A stretch of 64,000 nt of DNA from a virus. Lineage: Duplodnaviria > Caudoviricetes. The stretch covers positions 1 through 64,000 of IMG/VR virus record IMGVR_UViG_3300012943_000004; one strand, 5' to 3'. Numbering within the stretch: the first letter of the stretch is position 1; each line of letters starts with the position of its first letter. Below, piece after piece: positions 37,039 through 46,139 of the stretch. The notes under the pieces were generated by a model, which saw nothing but the letters and a program-made list of their open reading frames with translations, searched no databases and had not been told where the DNA came from. The position numbers and the translations under genes were made by a program.

Positions 37039-38933
37039 CGTCTATTACCTCTTCCTGGTAGAAGTCGAGCCGGTAGTGGAAACACAATGCTTTGAGAGCC
37101 GTCATTAATCGAAGATGGAGGGCGCGGTGCGTGCATGCCCGGCATACCAAGATCTGGCAATCGAGGATCTCCAGTACCGTATCCGTCTGTACCTGTGCCG
37201 AGCATTTCTTTCTCTACTCGTGCCTTATCCATAGAGATTACATTACGGCGGAAGCTCCTGTCACCCATCAGGGTGAACACAACCCCAGCCATAGAATCCG
37301 CGACGTCTTTACTACCCTGTGCCGGGTGGTCGACCTTGTTGTCCTTCTGCTCAAGTGCATACAATTCACGCTTTGCTATCTCAACTAACTCGCCGTCACC
37401 CTGGCGAATATAAGTCATATATGGAGGCATTTCTACTCTGTCCTCATAGAACGCCTCTCGGAGATCCTCATAAGGAAGCATAGACTTATCAATCGATACA
37501 TAGTCAACTGCGAATCTACGCTTTGCTAACTGCTGCATCGTGTCGGTACTCTGAAAGCCATCCATCGTGACCATACGAATTCTGAACCCATAATGATCCT
37601 TGAGCTCGTAAATAATTCGCCGCACGTCCTGAATCATAATCTCAGTGCCGGGCGCCGCGTGAATACGCATCAGGAAATCAAAGACAATATATGGCTTCTT
37701 GTCTCCGTCAACCTCTACGACATGACTAACGTGTCCCATTGATAAGCCGAGAGAGTCTCCATCAGCTGAATATGCAAGATCAATATGGACAGCTCTCTTA
37801 AGTGGAGTTTTGCATGTAAACCAAGATTCAAACTTTGGACGACTGACTCCTGTATCTACAGGAGATCCAAGGTTATCATAGCGCTCGTTCCAGCGCTCAA
37901 CGGCCTGGTCGATCTTGTAAGTAAGACTGATAAACGGATCGCCAGCCGCAGGCGGAATGCCGGCCAGATCACGAAGCGCCTTCTCGGGACTATTTTCGAA
38001 GTTACTTCGATACGCTTCTGGAACCTCGATTATCTGACTTACGTCGTTAATCAGCAAAGCGGCATCGGTAGGAATAATCTGCTTACGCTTGATACTATAC
38101 CAGAAAGAAAGTCGCTTCCCCCTGGCGTCCGAGAATCTCTTCCAGCCGAGCGAATCCCAAAGCGTCATTCTGACTGTATGGGCGTCAGGATCCTTCTCGA
38201 ACTCGGCAAGCTTTCGAGCTGCGAAACCAGACGCTTTTTTCATCTGCCCAACTACCAGAAGGAATCCTCTGTCTTGGAATCGTGAATCAATACGAGTATA
38301 GATCGTATTGTATCCATCCTCCGCGTAGTCCTTCTCTTCTGTGACCTTGTGCGAATCGGCCTCGTCTAGAATGCCGCCCAGGATGTTATAACCCTCGAAG
38401 GTAGTTTCCTTGCTATTTCCCGGCAGAACCCAAATATCCTTCTCGAATCGAAGTTGCTTAGTGAACTTCGGATCGAAGGGGTAGTTATTTGCAAACCATT
38501 CACAATGCTCAATTCGAGCTTTGATATCACCGAATACGGTTTCGACCGCCTGGTCGGACGTTGTGCTCATCTGCATAAACGCAATACGCGCGCCGGGAAG
38601 AAGATCGTAATAATCCTGCGGATCCTTCAGGCATAGAATCCAGTGCGTCATATAAGGTATGACCACACTCGCCATTGTGGTCTTTCCGATTCCAATAGCG
38701 CCTGTGAACATAGCCTTACGATAGCGCGCAATTCGCGCATTGTTTACATTCTCGCCAAATATCTCAACGAGTTCCGCCACGACGCCGGGACGCATCTTCG
38801 ACATGATGTTGCAGTAGCCTGGGCCGAGAAACTCTTTTACACTCGCAGGCTTCTCGTGAAAGTGCGGATTCCTCTGGAGCCAACGAAGTTGCGCTGCAGC
38901 CTTCTTAGCGTCCCATCCCGGCGAAGGCGTCAT
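37035..38933 (-). CDS. terL: terminase large subunit
   Basis: Walker A TGAIGIGKT, Walker B ILDEAD, nuclease HID and C-terminal VDHP..GSKDVADS. Confidence 0.95.
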   Translation of the reverse strand: MTPSPGWDAKKAAAQLRWLQRNPHFHEKPASVKEFLGPGYCNIMSKMRPGVVAELVEIFGENVNNARIARYRKAMFTGAIGIGKTTMASVVIPYMTHWILCLKDPQDYYDLLPGARIAFMQMSTTSDQAVETVFGDIKARIEHCEWFANNYPFDPKFTKQLRFEKDIWVLPGNSKETTFEGYNILGGILDEADSHKVTEEKDYAEDGYNTIYTRIDSRFQDRGFLLVVGQMKKASGFAARKLAEFEKDPDAHTVRMTLWDSLGWKRFSDARGKRLSFWYSIKRKQIIPTDAALLINDVSQIIEVPEAYRSNFENSPEKALRDLAGIPPAAGDPFISLTYKIDQAVERWNERYDNLGSPVDTGVSRPKFESWFTCKTPLKRAVHIDLAYSADGDSLGLSMGHVSHVVEVDGDKKPYIVFDFLMRIHAAPGTEIMIQDVRRIIYELKDHYGFRIRMVTMDGFQSTDTMQQLAKRRFAVDYVSIDKSMLPYEDLREAFYEDRVEMPPYMTYIRQGDGELVEIAKRELYALEQKDNKVDHPAQGSKDVADSMAGVVFTLMGDRSFRRNVISMDKARVEKEMLGTGTDGYGTGDPRLPDLGMPGMHAPRPPSSINDGSQSIVFPLPARLLPGRGNRR

Positions 38934-40285
38934 TAGTCAACCAGCTCTCCGGTGACAACTTCGGATTTAGAGAACTCCTCCATCTTGGCTTCGATCATTT
39001 GAGGAGTGATCTTAGCTCGAGGGATTCCGTCGGCCTCGTATTGAGAAATAACCTGAGAAACAAACTGATTAGGCGTGATCGCAGTGATCGCAGCTGCGGC
39101 CCCATTAGTATTAACTCCAATTGCAATCTTTGCGCCACCGCGCAGGTTGGGATCAAGTAGCTTAGCAAGCTGAACACCTTCAGTAAAGATCGTACTAAGC
39201 ATCTTTGTCACTTCAGGATCAGTTTCGCCAAACTCCTCTTCATCCTCAATAGCACGTTCAGCGCGCTCGACCTGAACCCCAATGATAGCTCCTAAGCCAT
39301 CGATAATCTTTGAACTATCGCGTGATTTGAATGCTGTAATAAGCTTTGATGTTTCGGCTCCCGGCACGCTACATACGCTCCCTACTCTGAAGTAATTACA
39401 AGTGAGATTGATAGAACAGGTGTCACACAAAAACTTGTCTCCCTGTTCTGCGCGCCCCGTACTTGATCTATAAGATTTCGACAAGGCAGGCTTTCGCTGT
39501 ACGTCTAACTGATGCTGAAGTGAGTCGTAAGGACCGCGTGTTCTAAACTTAAGGTTCTCATGCCAGTGTTCGCCCGCCCACTGAGCTGACTTGATGTTAT
39601 ACATGCATCGATTCCGTGGAATCTTAAGATCTACTACCTGAAAACCTAAAAGGTGGATCCATGCCTGACAATGAGAAGTTCTTTCCCAAAACATAACCTT
39701 CCCAGGAGGGAGAATAACCTTGCCCTTCTGTGCATCCCAACGCGGATCAATATCAGCTGCCGCGAAGCCTAGTCCGAAAGCAATTCGCCAGCTATATGTT
39801 CCATGCAGATGAATTATGCAGTTTGGATTCTCCTCCTGCATGATAGCTAATTCTTTAAGGAATTGCTTTCCCTGCATCGTCTGTGACGGAGGCCACTCCG
39901 TTACGATAACTCTATGCTCTTGGCCTAATACTGGAGTTTCGTCGATAGCGGTTCCGTTTAGCTTTGCATCACAAGATTGCGGATCCTCCCCCACGGGAAA
40001 CTCAATCATTTCTCTCAGGAGCTCAATTGGCTCACCGAATGTCCAGGTTGGATAAACAGCTTTTGGATTAGTCAGATCGTGATCCTGATCCAATTCTGCT
40101 GTACCCTGATCTCCTACCAAGAGAAGCCGGAAAGGATTAATTTCTCCAAAGTAGAGCTTTGCATGAACGAATGGCTCGATCCGCCTCTTGGTAAGCGCTC
40201 CGCGATCCCAAGAAACCGTATTGCCTCCGGCCTCTACGAGCTCCTTGATATAGGAGTGTGGGTTTCTATACCATACTTCTGTCAC
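38933..40285 (-). CDS. large protein in the terminase-small-subunit position; possible TGT-like barrel plus Cys4 motif plus helical TerS-like C-terminus
   Basis: TAATG-coupled to terL; IHLHG...GFAAAD...KGKVILP; CDTC-x5-C-x8-C; likely GTG start at 40285. Confidence 0.55.
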   Translation of the reverse strand: MTEVWYRNPHSYIKELVEAGGNTVSWDRGALTKRRIEPFVHAKLYFGEINPFRLLLVGDQGTAELDQDHDLTNPKAVYPTWTFGEPIELLREMIEFPVGEDPQSCDAKLNGTAIDETPVLGQEHRVIVTEWPPSQTMQGKQFLKELAIMQEENPNCIIHLHGTYSWRIAFGLGFAAADIDPRWDAQKGKVILPPGKVMFWERTSHCQAWIHLLGFQVVDLKIPRNRCMYNIKSAQWAGEHWHENLKFRTRGPYDSLQHQLDVQRKPALSKSYRSSTGRAEQGDKFLCDTCSINLTCNYFRVGSVCSVPGAETSKLITAFKSRDSSKIIDGLGAIIGVQVERAERAIEDEEEFGETDPEVTKMLSTIFTEGVQLAKLLDPNLRGGAKIAIGVNTNGAAAAITAITPNQFVSQVISQYEADGIPRAKITPQMIEAKMEEFSKSEVVTGELVD

Positions 40286-40377
40286 AATAAAGTCCAATCG
40301 GATCACTGATCTATATCGCGTTACGCGCGCGTATAGGTCCAAACTATACACCGCTAGCAAAGGTAGTCAACCCCAGC

Positions 40378-40413
40378 AAGAAACGCCCCCTCGCCGCAGA
40401 GGAGGCGTTTCTT
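40378..40413. terminator. terminator-like hairpin in the divergent control region
   Basis: AAGAAACGCCCCCTC / GAGGAGGCGTTTCTT, 14 of 15 paired, with T-runs on both strands. Confidence 0.6.
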
Positions 40414-40603
40414 TGCACCTAGACATTTCCTCAACCCGAACCAAACAACAACCCAACAAGACGAACCATACCTCAGTTATCGGGCCATTGTCCAGGGATA
40501 CCGCGAATCCCTATTATCGCGCATAAAAGGACGCCTTATTAATAAGCTATTTGGAGTTTTTCCACTCAAAAAATTACCATTCTTAAGATATGATTATCGG
40601 TCC

Positions 40604-40633
40604 TTGACGAAGGGTTTTAGTAACCTGTAGGGT
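40604..40633 (+). promoter_or_regulatory. actinobacterial sigmaA-type promoter TTGACG-N18-TAGGGT
   Basis: TTGACG 40604-40609 and TAGGGT 40628-40633, 50 nt upstream of the primase ATG. Confidence 0.6.
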
Positions 40634-40682
40634 TGTGGTTATACGGTGGCGATCCATGCGCCTAATCTTTTGCGGAGGTCGA

Positions 40683-41564
40683 ATGTCAGAAGAACTTGCT
40701 GCCTTAGTGGCTAAGCGATTCATTCAAAGGCGCGATATTAAGGCAATTCAGTTTGCAGATGGCAAGTGGTCGCCCGATACCAAAGTTCAGCGCAATCTAA
40801 GCCTATACGCGCCACTTGGATTCAAGATGCAACACTTGCGGGATCATATAGCAGGCGAAAGAACATACGGACACTACTTACTTGACGAGAATGATCTCTG
40901 TCGAGTTTTCGTCTTTGACATCGATCTTATTGAAATGAAGGTCAATACCTCTACCGGCGAGATCACGCAGTCTGGCACTTGGGTTGAGATTCCAGAAATT
41001 AATACGCTAAGCCCTGACGCTACTGATAATGAAGTGGATCAGGGCTTTCTTGTTCATAGCGAAATCTCCCCAAGGCACCTTTGGCACGATCGTAAACAAC
41101 CTGGCCCGCGCGCTTGGTATAAGTACCAGATGCGAATGCTCGCACAAAAGTTTGCACGAGTAATCACAGAGGATCTTGGTATCGATTGTGCTGTTTCTTA
41201 TAGCGGCAGTAAGGGCATTCACGTATATGGCCTTACTGGACCGATTGCAGCCAGGGAGGCGCGCGAGGGAGCTGCTCTAGTGTTGGATCTTCTGGACGAG
41301 TTCGAACCCTCGCGTGGCAACAACTTCTTCAGGCACAAGAATGCTGATCCCGTTCAGGGATTTCAAAACTTTGAGATTGAAGTATTCCCCAAGCAAGATT
41401 CACTCGAGAACAAAGACTTGGGAAATCTCGTCAGACTCCCCTTTGGGAGAAATCAGAAATCCCCTGACCCCTGTTTTCTTTTAGATCTCAGAACCCCAAT
41501 GTCGCAGCTTACGCCACACCCCGAACCCGAGAGACTCTTAGAGTCCGGCAACCCCTACCTTTAA
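40683..41564 (+). CDS. archaeo-eukaryotic primase (AEP) superfamily primase/polymerase
   Basis: FVFDID (motif I), SYSGSKGIHVY (motif II), NLVRLPFG; GGAGG RBS before ATG 40683. Confidence 0.85.
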   Translation: MSEELAALVAKRFIQRRDIKAIQFADGKWSPDTKVQRNLSLYAPLGFKMQHLRDHIAGERTYGHYLLDENDLCRVFVFDIDLIEMKVNTSTGEITQSGTWVEIPEINTLSPDATDNEVDQGFLVHSEISPRHLWHDRKQPGPRAWYKYQMRMLAQKFARVITEDLGIDCAVSYSGSKGIHVYGLTGPIAAREAREGAALVLDLLDEFEPSRGNNFFRHKNADPVQGFQNFEIEVFPKQDSLENKDLGNLVRLPFGRNQKSPDPCFLLDLRTPMSQLTPHPEPERLLESGNPYL

Positions 41565-41576
41565 CGAGAGTAGTAC

Positions 41577-43574
41577 ATGACAGACCCTTCAAGCAGGGTT
41601 GTCTCATTCTCGGAGCGCCGCAGGCAACTTCAAGAAGAACGCGGACTACTCAAAGAAGATACAACTCATGCACCAAGCGAATATGTAGTTAATCCATTCG
41701 AGGGAAGCGAGAACAGTGAACCGTTAGAGATAACGCAAGCGATCGATCGGATCGATATTCTCGATGCATACAAGCGCTGGTGCGGCAAGTCTATTGATAA
41801 AGCCACAGCTAAGCGTCGAGAAGGAATCAAGATCTCGTGCCCAAAGCCGGATCATCCCGACACAGACCCATCGGCCTGGATTAACGCCGACAAGGGTGTC
41901 TGGTATTGCGGGGGTTGCCAGGAGGGTGGCGACAAGTTCGATATCGCAGCTTATCACTTCGGGTACGATGTTCCAGGTTATAAGACTGGACAGAACTTCC
42001 CAAAGCTTCGTCAAGAGATGGCCGAGTCGCTCGGAGTACTTGTCCGAAGAATAAATGGACAAACGTATGCAGTCGCTCCCGAAGAATCCATAGCGGAGGA
42101 GCCAGTCAAACCGGACACTCCGCTCGAAGCGGACACTCCTGACACACTGGACAATTCGGACAATTCGGACACTGCTCGGAACGCTCAGGATCCTGTGCAG
42201 GAAAATCCTGAGCAGCAGCCCGAGGGTTCTTTGGGACCAGTCGAATTAACTAACGTAGTCAACATCATGAGAAAGGACGACGTAGATGAGGACGAAGAAT
42301 CTCTTCCTACCGTTTATCCTACGATCGACTGGCGTTCCCTTGTACCGCACGACACTTTTCTACGAGACTACTTGGAAGCTTGCTCTAATGATGATTCTCC
42401 AGAAGAATACCACTTTTGGCACGGCCTACTGGCCTTGGGGCACGCAGCGGGAAGGCGTGTAAAGTTAGATGATACTACACCAGTCTACGGCAACCTCCTT
42501 CTTTGTCTCCTCGGTGGCACTGGCTACGGCAAATCTCGTTCTCGCGGCTGGCTTAATAATGTCATTTCGAGAGTACTCCCGTTTAAAGACATTAGCTCTC
42601 AGACAACGGGCGTCAAGATCATTTCAATCCCGGCTTCTGGCGAGTACCTTGTTCGCTCTTTCCAGCACACTGTTCTTGATCCGGGAAACCCTAAGATCGT
42701 CCTGGGCCAATCGCCCGTAAACGGAGTAGTTGACTTCGACGAGTTCGCAGCTTTGATGGGTCGCGCCCAGCGACAAGGCAATACGCTCAAAACAACTCTG
42801 ATGCAGTTTGCCGACTGTCGCAACCGCGTAACAACAGGATCGTTGACTCATGGCGACTATATCGCAATCGATCCCTTCTGTTCGATCACAGCGACGACAC
42901 AGCCCAAGGCCCTACGGTCTCTGCTAACCCGGTATGATGCCGGGTCGGGTTTCTTGAATCGCTGGGTATTCGCGGGTGGCCCTCCTAAAGAGAGGGAAAT
43001 CATCGGAGGGTCGCATTCGTCTAGAGTTATCGATCTTGACGCAGCTTGCGAGAAATTAGAGCGAGTTCACGCTTGGGCCGCAGGTGGCCGAACAGTTGTT
43101 ATGTCAGCGACCGGCCTGAAGGAGCTAACGCGCTTCTTTAGAATCAGATTGTATCCGCAGCAACATCAGGATGATTCTGATCTACTCAAGCGCCTAGACC
43201 TTCTTTTTAAGAAGATCATCCTACTGTTTGCAATCAACGAGCACAAGCAGGAGGTCGGGCCAGAGTTAGTATATAAAGCCGAACAGCTGTTTGAGTACAT
43301 CATTAATTGCTACGCGATTCTTGATACAGAAATCGGCGTTACACTTAGCCACGAGATTGTTGCAGACGTCTTGCGAGTAACAGAGCAGATTACAGACAAA
43401 AGTCGCCGTGGAGCATCTGCTCGTGATATAACGCGGCAGCTAGCTAGAAAGAACTATCCGCCCGACCTACTCAAGAGAACGCTAGACAATATGATTGCTC
43501 TTGATCTAATCGAGATCGAAAAGCAACACAAGGGTCCAGGGCGACCGACTATCAGATACCTGGTGGTGGCCTAA
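41577..43574 (+). CDS. primase-type Zn-binding domain fused to DUF3987/YfjI-like P-loop helicase with C-terminal wHTH
   Basis: CPKPDH.D..PS...WYCGGC..GGD.FD; acidic linker; GGTGYGKS, DEFAAL, GSGFLNRW; C-terminal GPGRPTIRY. Confidence 0.8.
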   Translation: MTDPSSRVVSFSERRRQLQEERGLLKEDTTHAPSEYVVNPFEGSENSEPLEITQAIDRIDILDAYKRWCGKSIDKATAKRREGIKISCPKPDHPDTDPSAWINADKGVWYCGGCQEGGDKFDIAAYHFGYDVPGYKTGQNFPKLRQEMAESLGVLVRRINGQTYAVAPEESIAEEPVKPDTPLEADTPDTLDNSDNSDTARNAQDPVQENPEQQPEGSLGPVELTNVVNIMRKDDVDEDEESLPTVYPTIDWRSLVPHDTFLRDYLEACSNDDSPEEYHFWHGLLALGHAAGRRVKLDDTTPVYGNLLLCLLGGTGYGKSRSRGWLNNVISRVLPFKDISSQTTGVKIISIPASGEYLVRSFQHTVLDPGNPKIVLGQSPVNGVVDFDEFAALMGRAQRQGNTLKTTLMQFADCRNRVTTGSLTHGDYIAIDPFCSITATTQPKALRSLLTRYDAGSGFLNRWVFAGGPPKEREIIGGSHSSRVIDLDAACEKLERVHAWAAGGRTVVMSATGLKELTRFFRIRLYPQQHQDDSDLLKRLDLLFKKIILLFAINEHKQEVGPELVYKAEQLFEYIINCYAILDTEIGVTLSHEIVADVLRVTEQITDKSRRGASARDITRQLARKNYPPDLLKRTLDNMIALDLIEIEKQHKGPGRPTIRYLVVA

Positions 43575-43888
43575 TGACTATGCGGCCAGACGTAGAAACC
43601 ACTAGTCTCACTGAGGACTTCCTAGACGAGCTTTGGGCTGAGATCATCAAAGAGTTACTCGACCCGAAGCTAACCAAGTGGACTCACGGCAATTACAGAA
43701 CTTATGTCAAGGGATGCCGCGGCCCTGTCTGTAGCAAGGGTACGCGCGATTATTACCATACTAAGCAGCCCTCTTCCCAAAAGCGAGCTCGGTACGCCGA
43801 GCTTGATCCTATCATTGATATCTTCGAGGAGGCAGGGAAGCGCGCTATCTTGCGTGCCCACGCCGGTATCCTGGAAAGGCTTACCTAA
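43574..43888 (+). CDS. hypothetical protein with HG..TY..GCR..C motif
   Basis: Motif recurrent in actinophage small proteins; TAATG coupling. Confidence 0.7.
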   Translation: MTMRPDVETTSLTEDFLDELWAEIIKELLDPKLTKWTHGNYRTYVKGCRGPVCSKGTRDYYHTKQPSSQKRARYAELDPIIDIFEEAGKRAILRAHAGILERLT

Positions 43889-44157
43889 TGTCAAACCTTC
43901 TTAACAACAACACTCACTATACCGGCCCGGAGATCGACGTAGACGGATTACTAAGAATGAGGTGCGCCTGGTGCGGAACTAAGCTCTTTGAAACACAGCT
44001 ACCCACTGGCAACGGTGGACCAGTACAGGATTCACCGTTTCCGCCGCCTGGGATCTTCGTAAAGTTCTCCGACCTCGAGATCATGCCAATCAGCGTACCT
44101 CCGGGCCAGATCCCAGCTGACTCCTGTATGCGACTAGACAACCTGTTCACCAACTAA
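43888..44157 (+). CDS. hypothetical protein
   Basis: 89-aa ORF coupled to upstream stop; CAWC. Confidence 0.65.
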   Translation: MSNLLNNNTHYTGPEIDVDGLLRMRCAWCGTKLFETQLPTGNGGPVQDSPFPPPGIFVKFSDLEIMPISVPPGQIPADSCMRLDNLFTN

Positions 44158-44169
44158 GAAAGAAGTAAT

Positions 44170-44907
44170 ATGTCAGACACCACACAGCCTGACCCTATGC
44201 AGGGCAAGATCGATATCTCGACCAATGAAGATATCCTAATCCTAGCGAACCACAGTCCCGAGGTTCCCCAAGAGTCTCTTGGTGCGCTCAGGGGCACAGT
44301 TTGTATGCTCTGCGAGGTAAAGCGCACTGAGCACAAGGTGTTCAGCGGCGAGACCGTTGCCTACACAACGCCAGTAATCAGGGGCCTAGAAAGCCTGGTA
44401 GGCCACTACAAGAGGGTCCATCCGGGCGAAGATCTTGTCTACGCGCAGGTGAGTCCCGACGCTGTATATCAGGCAAAACTACAGAAGCCTAAGTCTCCTA
44501 CAAAGAACGACTACGACGTGCCGGGCGGCTCAATGCCGCTCATTATCGAGCACGGCCTGTCTCGTCTACAGCGCTTCGTAAAGGAGTGGTCAGAACACAA
44601 CTTCCCCAACAGCGCGTCCCACAGGCCGACTATCGGGGTCAGTGAAGAGATCGGAGAGCTTGTCGCCGCGCTCGTCGTGGCGAACGGCAAGCTGTCTCAC
44701 GCAACGCTCAAGGCTGACCAGAATATCCGAGGCACCACCGAAGAGCACGCGCTTGAAGCGCAGGATGCTGTCGGGGATATTCTGATCTATCTGCTACACC
44801 TGTGTGTTGTCAAGGAGTGGAGCATGGCAGAGATCATGGCGGGAGTTATCAAAGAGCTCTGCGAGAGGGACTGGATCAACTTCCCTCTAAACGGTAAGAC
44901 AGAGTAG
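44170..44907 (+). CDS. MazG-like nucleotide pyrophosphohydrolase with N-terminal C2H2-like extension
   Basis: VSEEIGEL ... EAQDAVGDILIYL (ExxE/D..D); N-terminal CMLC ... HYKRVH. Confidence 0.8.
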   Translation: MSDTTQPDPMQGKIDISTNEDILILANHSPEVPQESLGALRGTVCMLCEVKRTEHKVFSGETVAYTTPVIRGLESLVGHYKRVHPGEDLVYAQVSPDAVYQAKLQKPKSPTKNDYDVPGGSMPLIIEHGLSRLQRFVKEWSEHNFPNSASHRPTIGVSEEIGELVAALVVANGKLSHATLKADQNIRGTTEEHALEAQDAVGDILIYLLHLCVVKEWSMAEIMAGVIKELCERDWINFPLNGKTE

Positions 44908-44933
44908 AAACTACAAGCAGGGAGAGGTTAGAA

Positions 44934-45428
44934 ATGACAGCTACAGACAAAGAAAAGATCCAAATCGCCGCGAACCTGGGGATCAAGATGCCCTTCCGCG
45001 CGATGAAGGTTTCCCACGCGGTGCCGATTCCTTACGGGGTTCTGTGTGCGTTCCTCGAGCAGGAATCTGGCGGCGGCCAGAACATTTACGGCCACGATCC
45101 GGGCTGGTTCTGCGGCAAGGGTCCGGTCACCCGCGAAAATTACGCGGTCTACAAGGCGGGCCGCGCGGCGCACAACTCGCAGGGAGTCGGCCCAATGCAG
45201 CTGACTTACTACGCTTTTCAGGATCGCGCCGACGCGCTGGGCGGCTGCTGGAGGCCGTACGTCAACATGCTGGTCGGCGCGCAGATTCTGAAAGAGTACT
45301 TCGTAAAGTACAAAACCTGGCACCTCGCAGCCTACCATTACAACGGTTCGGGCGAAGCCGCCGAGAGGTACGCCGACGCTGTGACCGAAAAGATCAAGAA
45401 GTACGTTTCCCGTATGCAGGCCGACTAG
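44934..45428 (+). CDS. stand-alone lysozyme-like (SLT/GH23-like) transglycosylase
   Basis: EQES catalytic Glu, GVGPMQLT, N...GAQIL, AYHYNG. Confidence 0.8.
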   Translation: MTATDKEKIQIAANLGIKMPFRAMKVSHAVPIPYGVLCAFLEQESGGGQNIYGHDPGWFCGKGPVTRENYAVYKAGRAAHNSQGVGPMQLTYYAFQDRADALGGCWRPYVNMLVGAQILKEYFVKYKTWHLAAYHYNGSGEAAERYADAVTEKIKKYVSRMQAD

Positions 45429-45455
45429 ACTGGATTAGTTTCTAGAAAAACCAAG

Positions 45456-45512
45456 AATAGGCTGGTTTCTGGATAGAATCTGTCTAGAAACCAGCCTATT
45501 TCTTTGTCTTTT
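45456..45512 (+). terminator. intrinsic terminator ending the replication operon
   Basis: AATAGGCTGGTTTCT (45456-45470) / AGAAACCAGCCTATT (45486-45500) followed by TCTTTGTCTTTTT. Confidence 0.85.
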
Positions 45513-45640
45513 TCAGTAAAATACTACTAAACCAGTACACATACTCCATCTTATAGTTAGTCTTGTGTTCGGCCAAGGATCGGTGGATATGCTCCACCGC
45601 TTTTGGCTAAGAGGTGGAGCATATTCGTAGAAAAAGCAAC

Positions 45641-46139
45641 TGTTGACAATATTATTGAAGTCCAAACGGATGTTGACAATATTCTTACGACTGGTGTTTT
45701 TTCAAAGATTGTAAGGGGCATTTGACGGGGGTAGTCCTTACTAAGAATATTGGCAACGGGCTGCCTATTTCGTCAACGCTTACCCCCTCCTGTTGACGAA
45801 ATGTTGCCAATATTCCTTGCTCCACCGCGCCATAAAAAACCCCAGGTCAGCGTAGTGGAGCACGGTTTCAGGGTGATGATAAATCGGACATTTCGAATTA
45901 ATTATGGCAACGGGATCGGACCCTCCCTCACTCCCCCCTGAAATACGTTTTGACTTGGGGTCTCTTAAAGATGTGGGGACATTGGGAAAATCAAAGATGG
46001 ATTCGGCCATGACCGGATAACTAGACCCTGCCGATAACACGAAGGGATCACGGTAGGGTGTTGTGTGCTGCCAATACCCATATATATGTACCTAAACCCC
46101 CTTTGACCTGCATATATATATGTCAACAATTATGGCAAC
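45641..46139. repeat. six copies of GTTG(A/C)CA(A/T)(A/T)ATT in both orientations
   Basis: + at 45642, 45672, 45803; - at 45746, 45900, 46128. Confidence 0.8.

Noticed and set aside
45641-45700. TTGACA pair as tandem sigmaA promoters
   Set aside because: No TAnnnT at 16-18 bp downstream; the same core occurs as TTGCCA in both orientations, fitting operator-like sites
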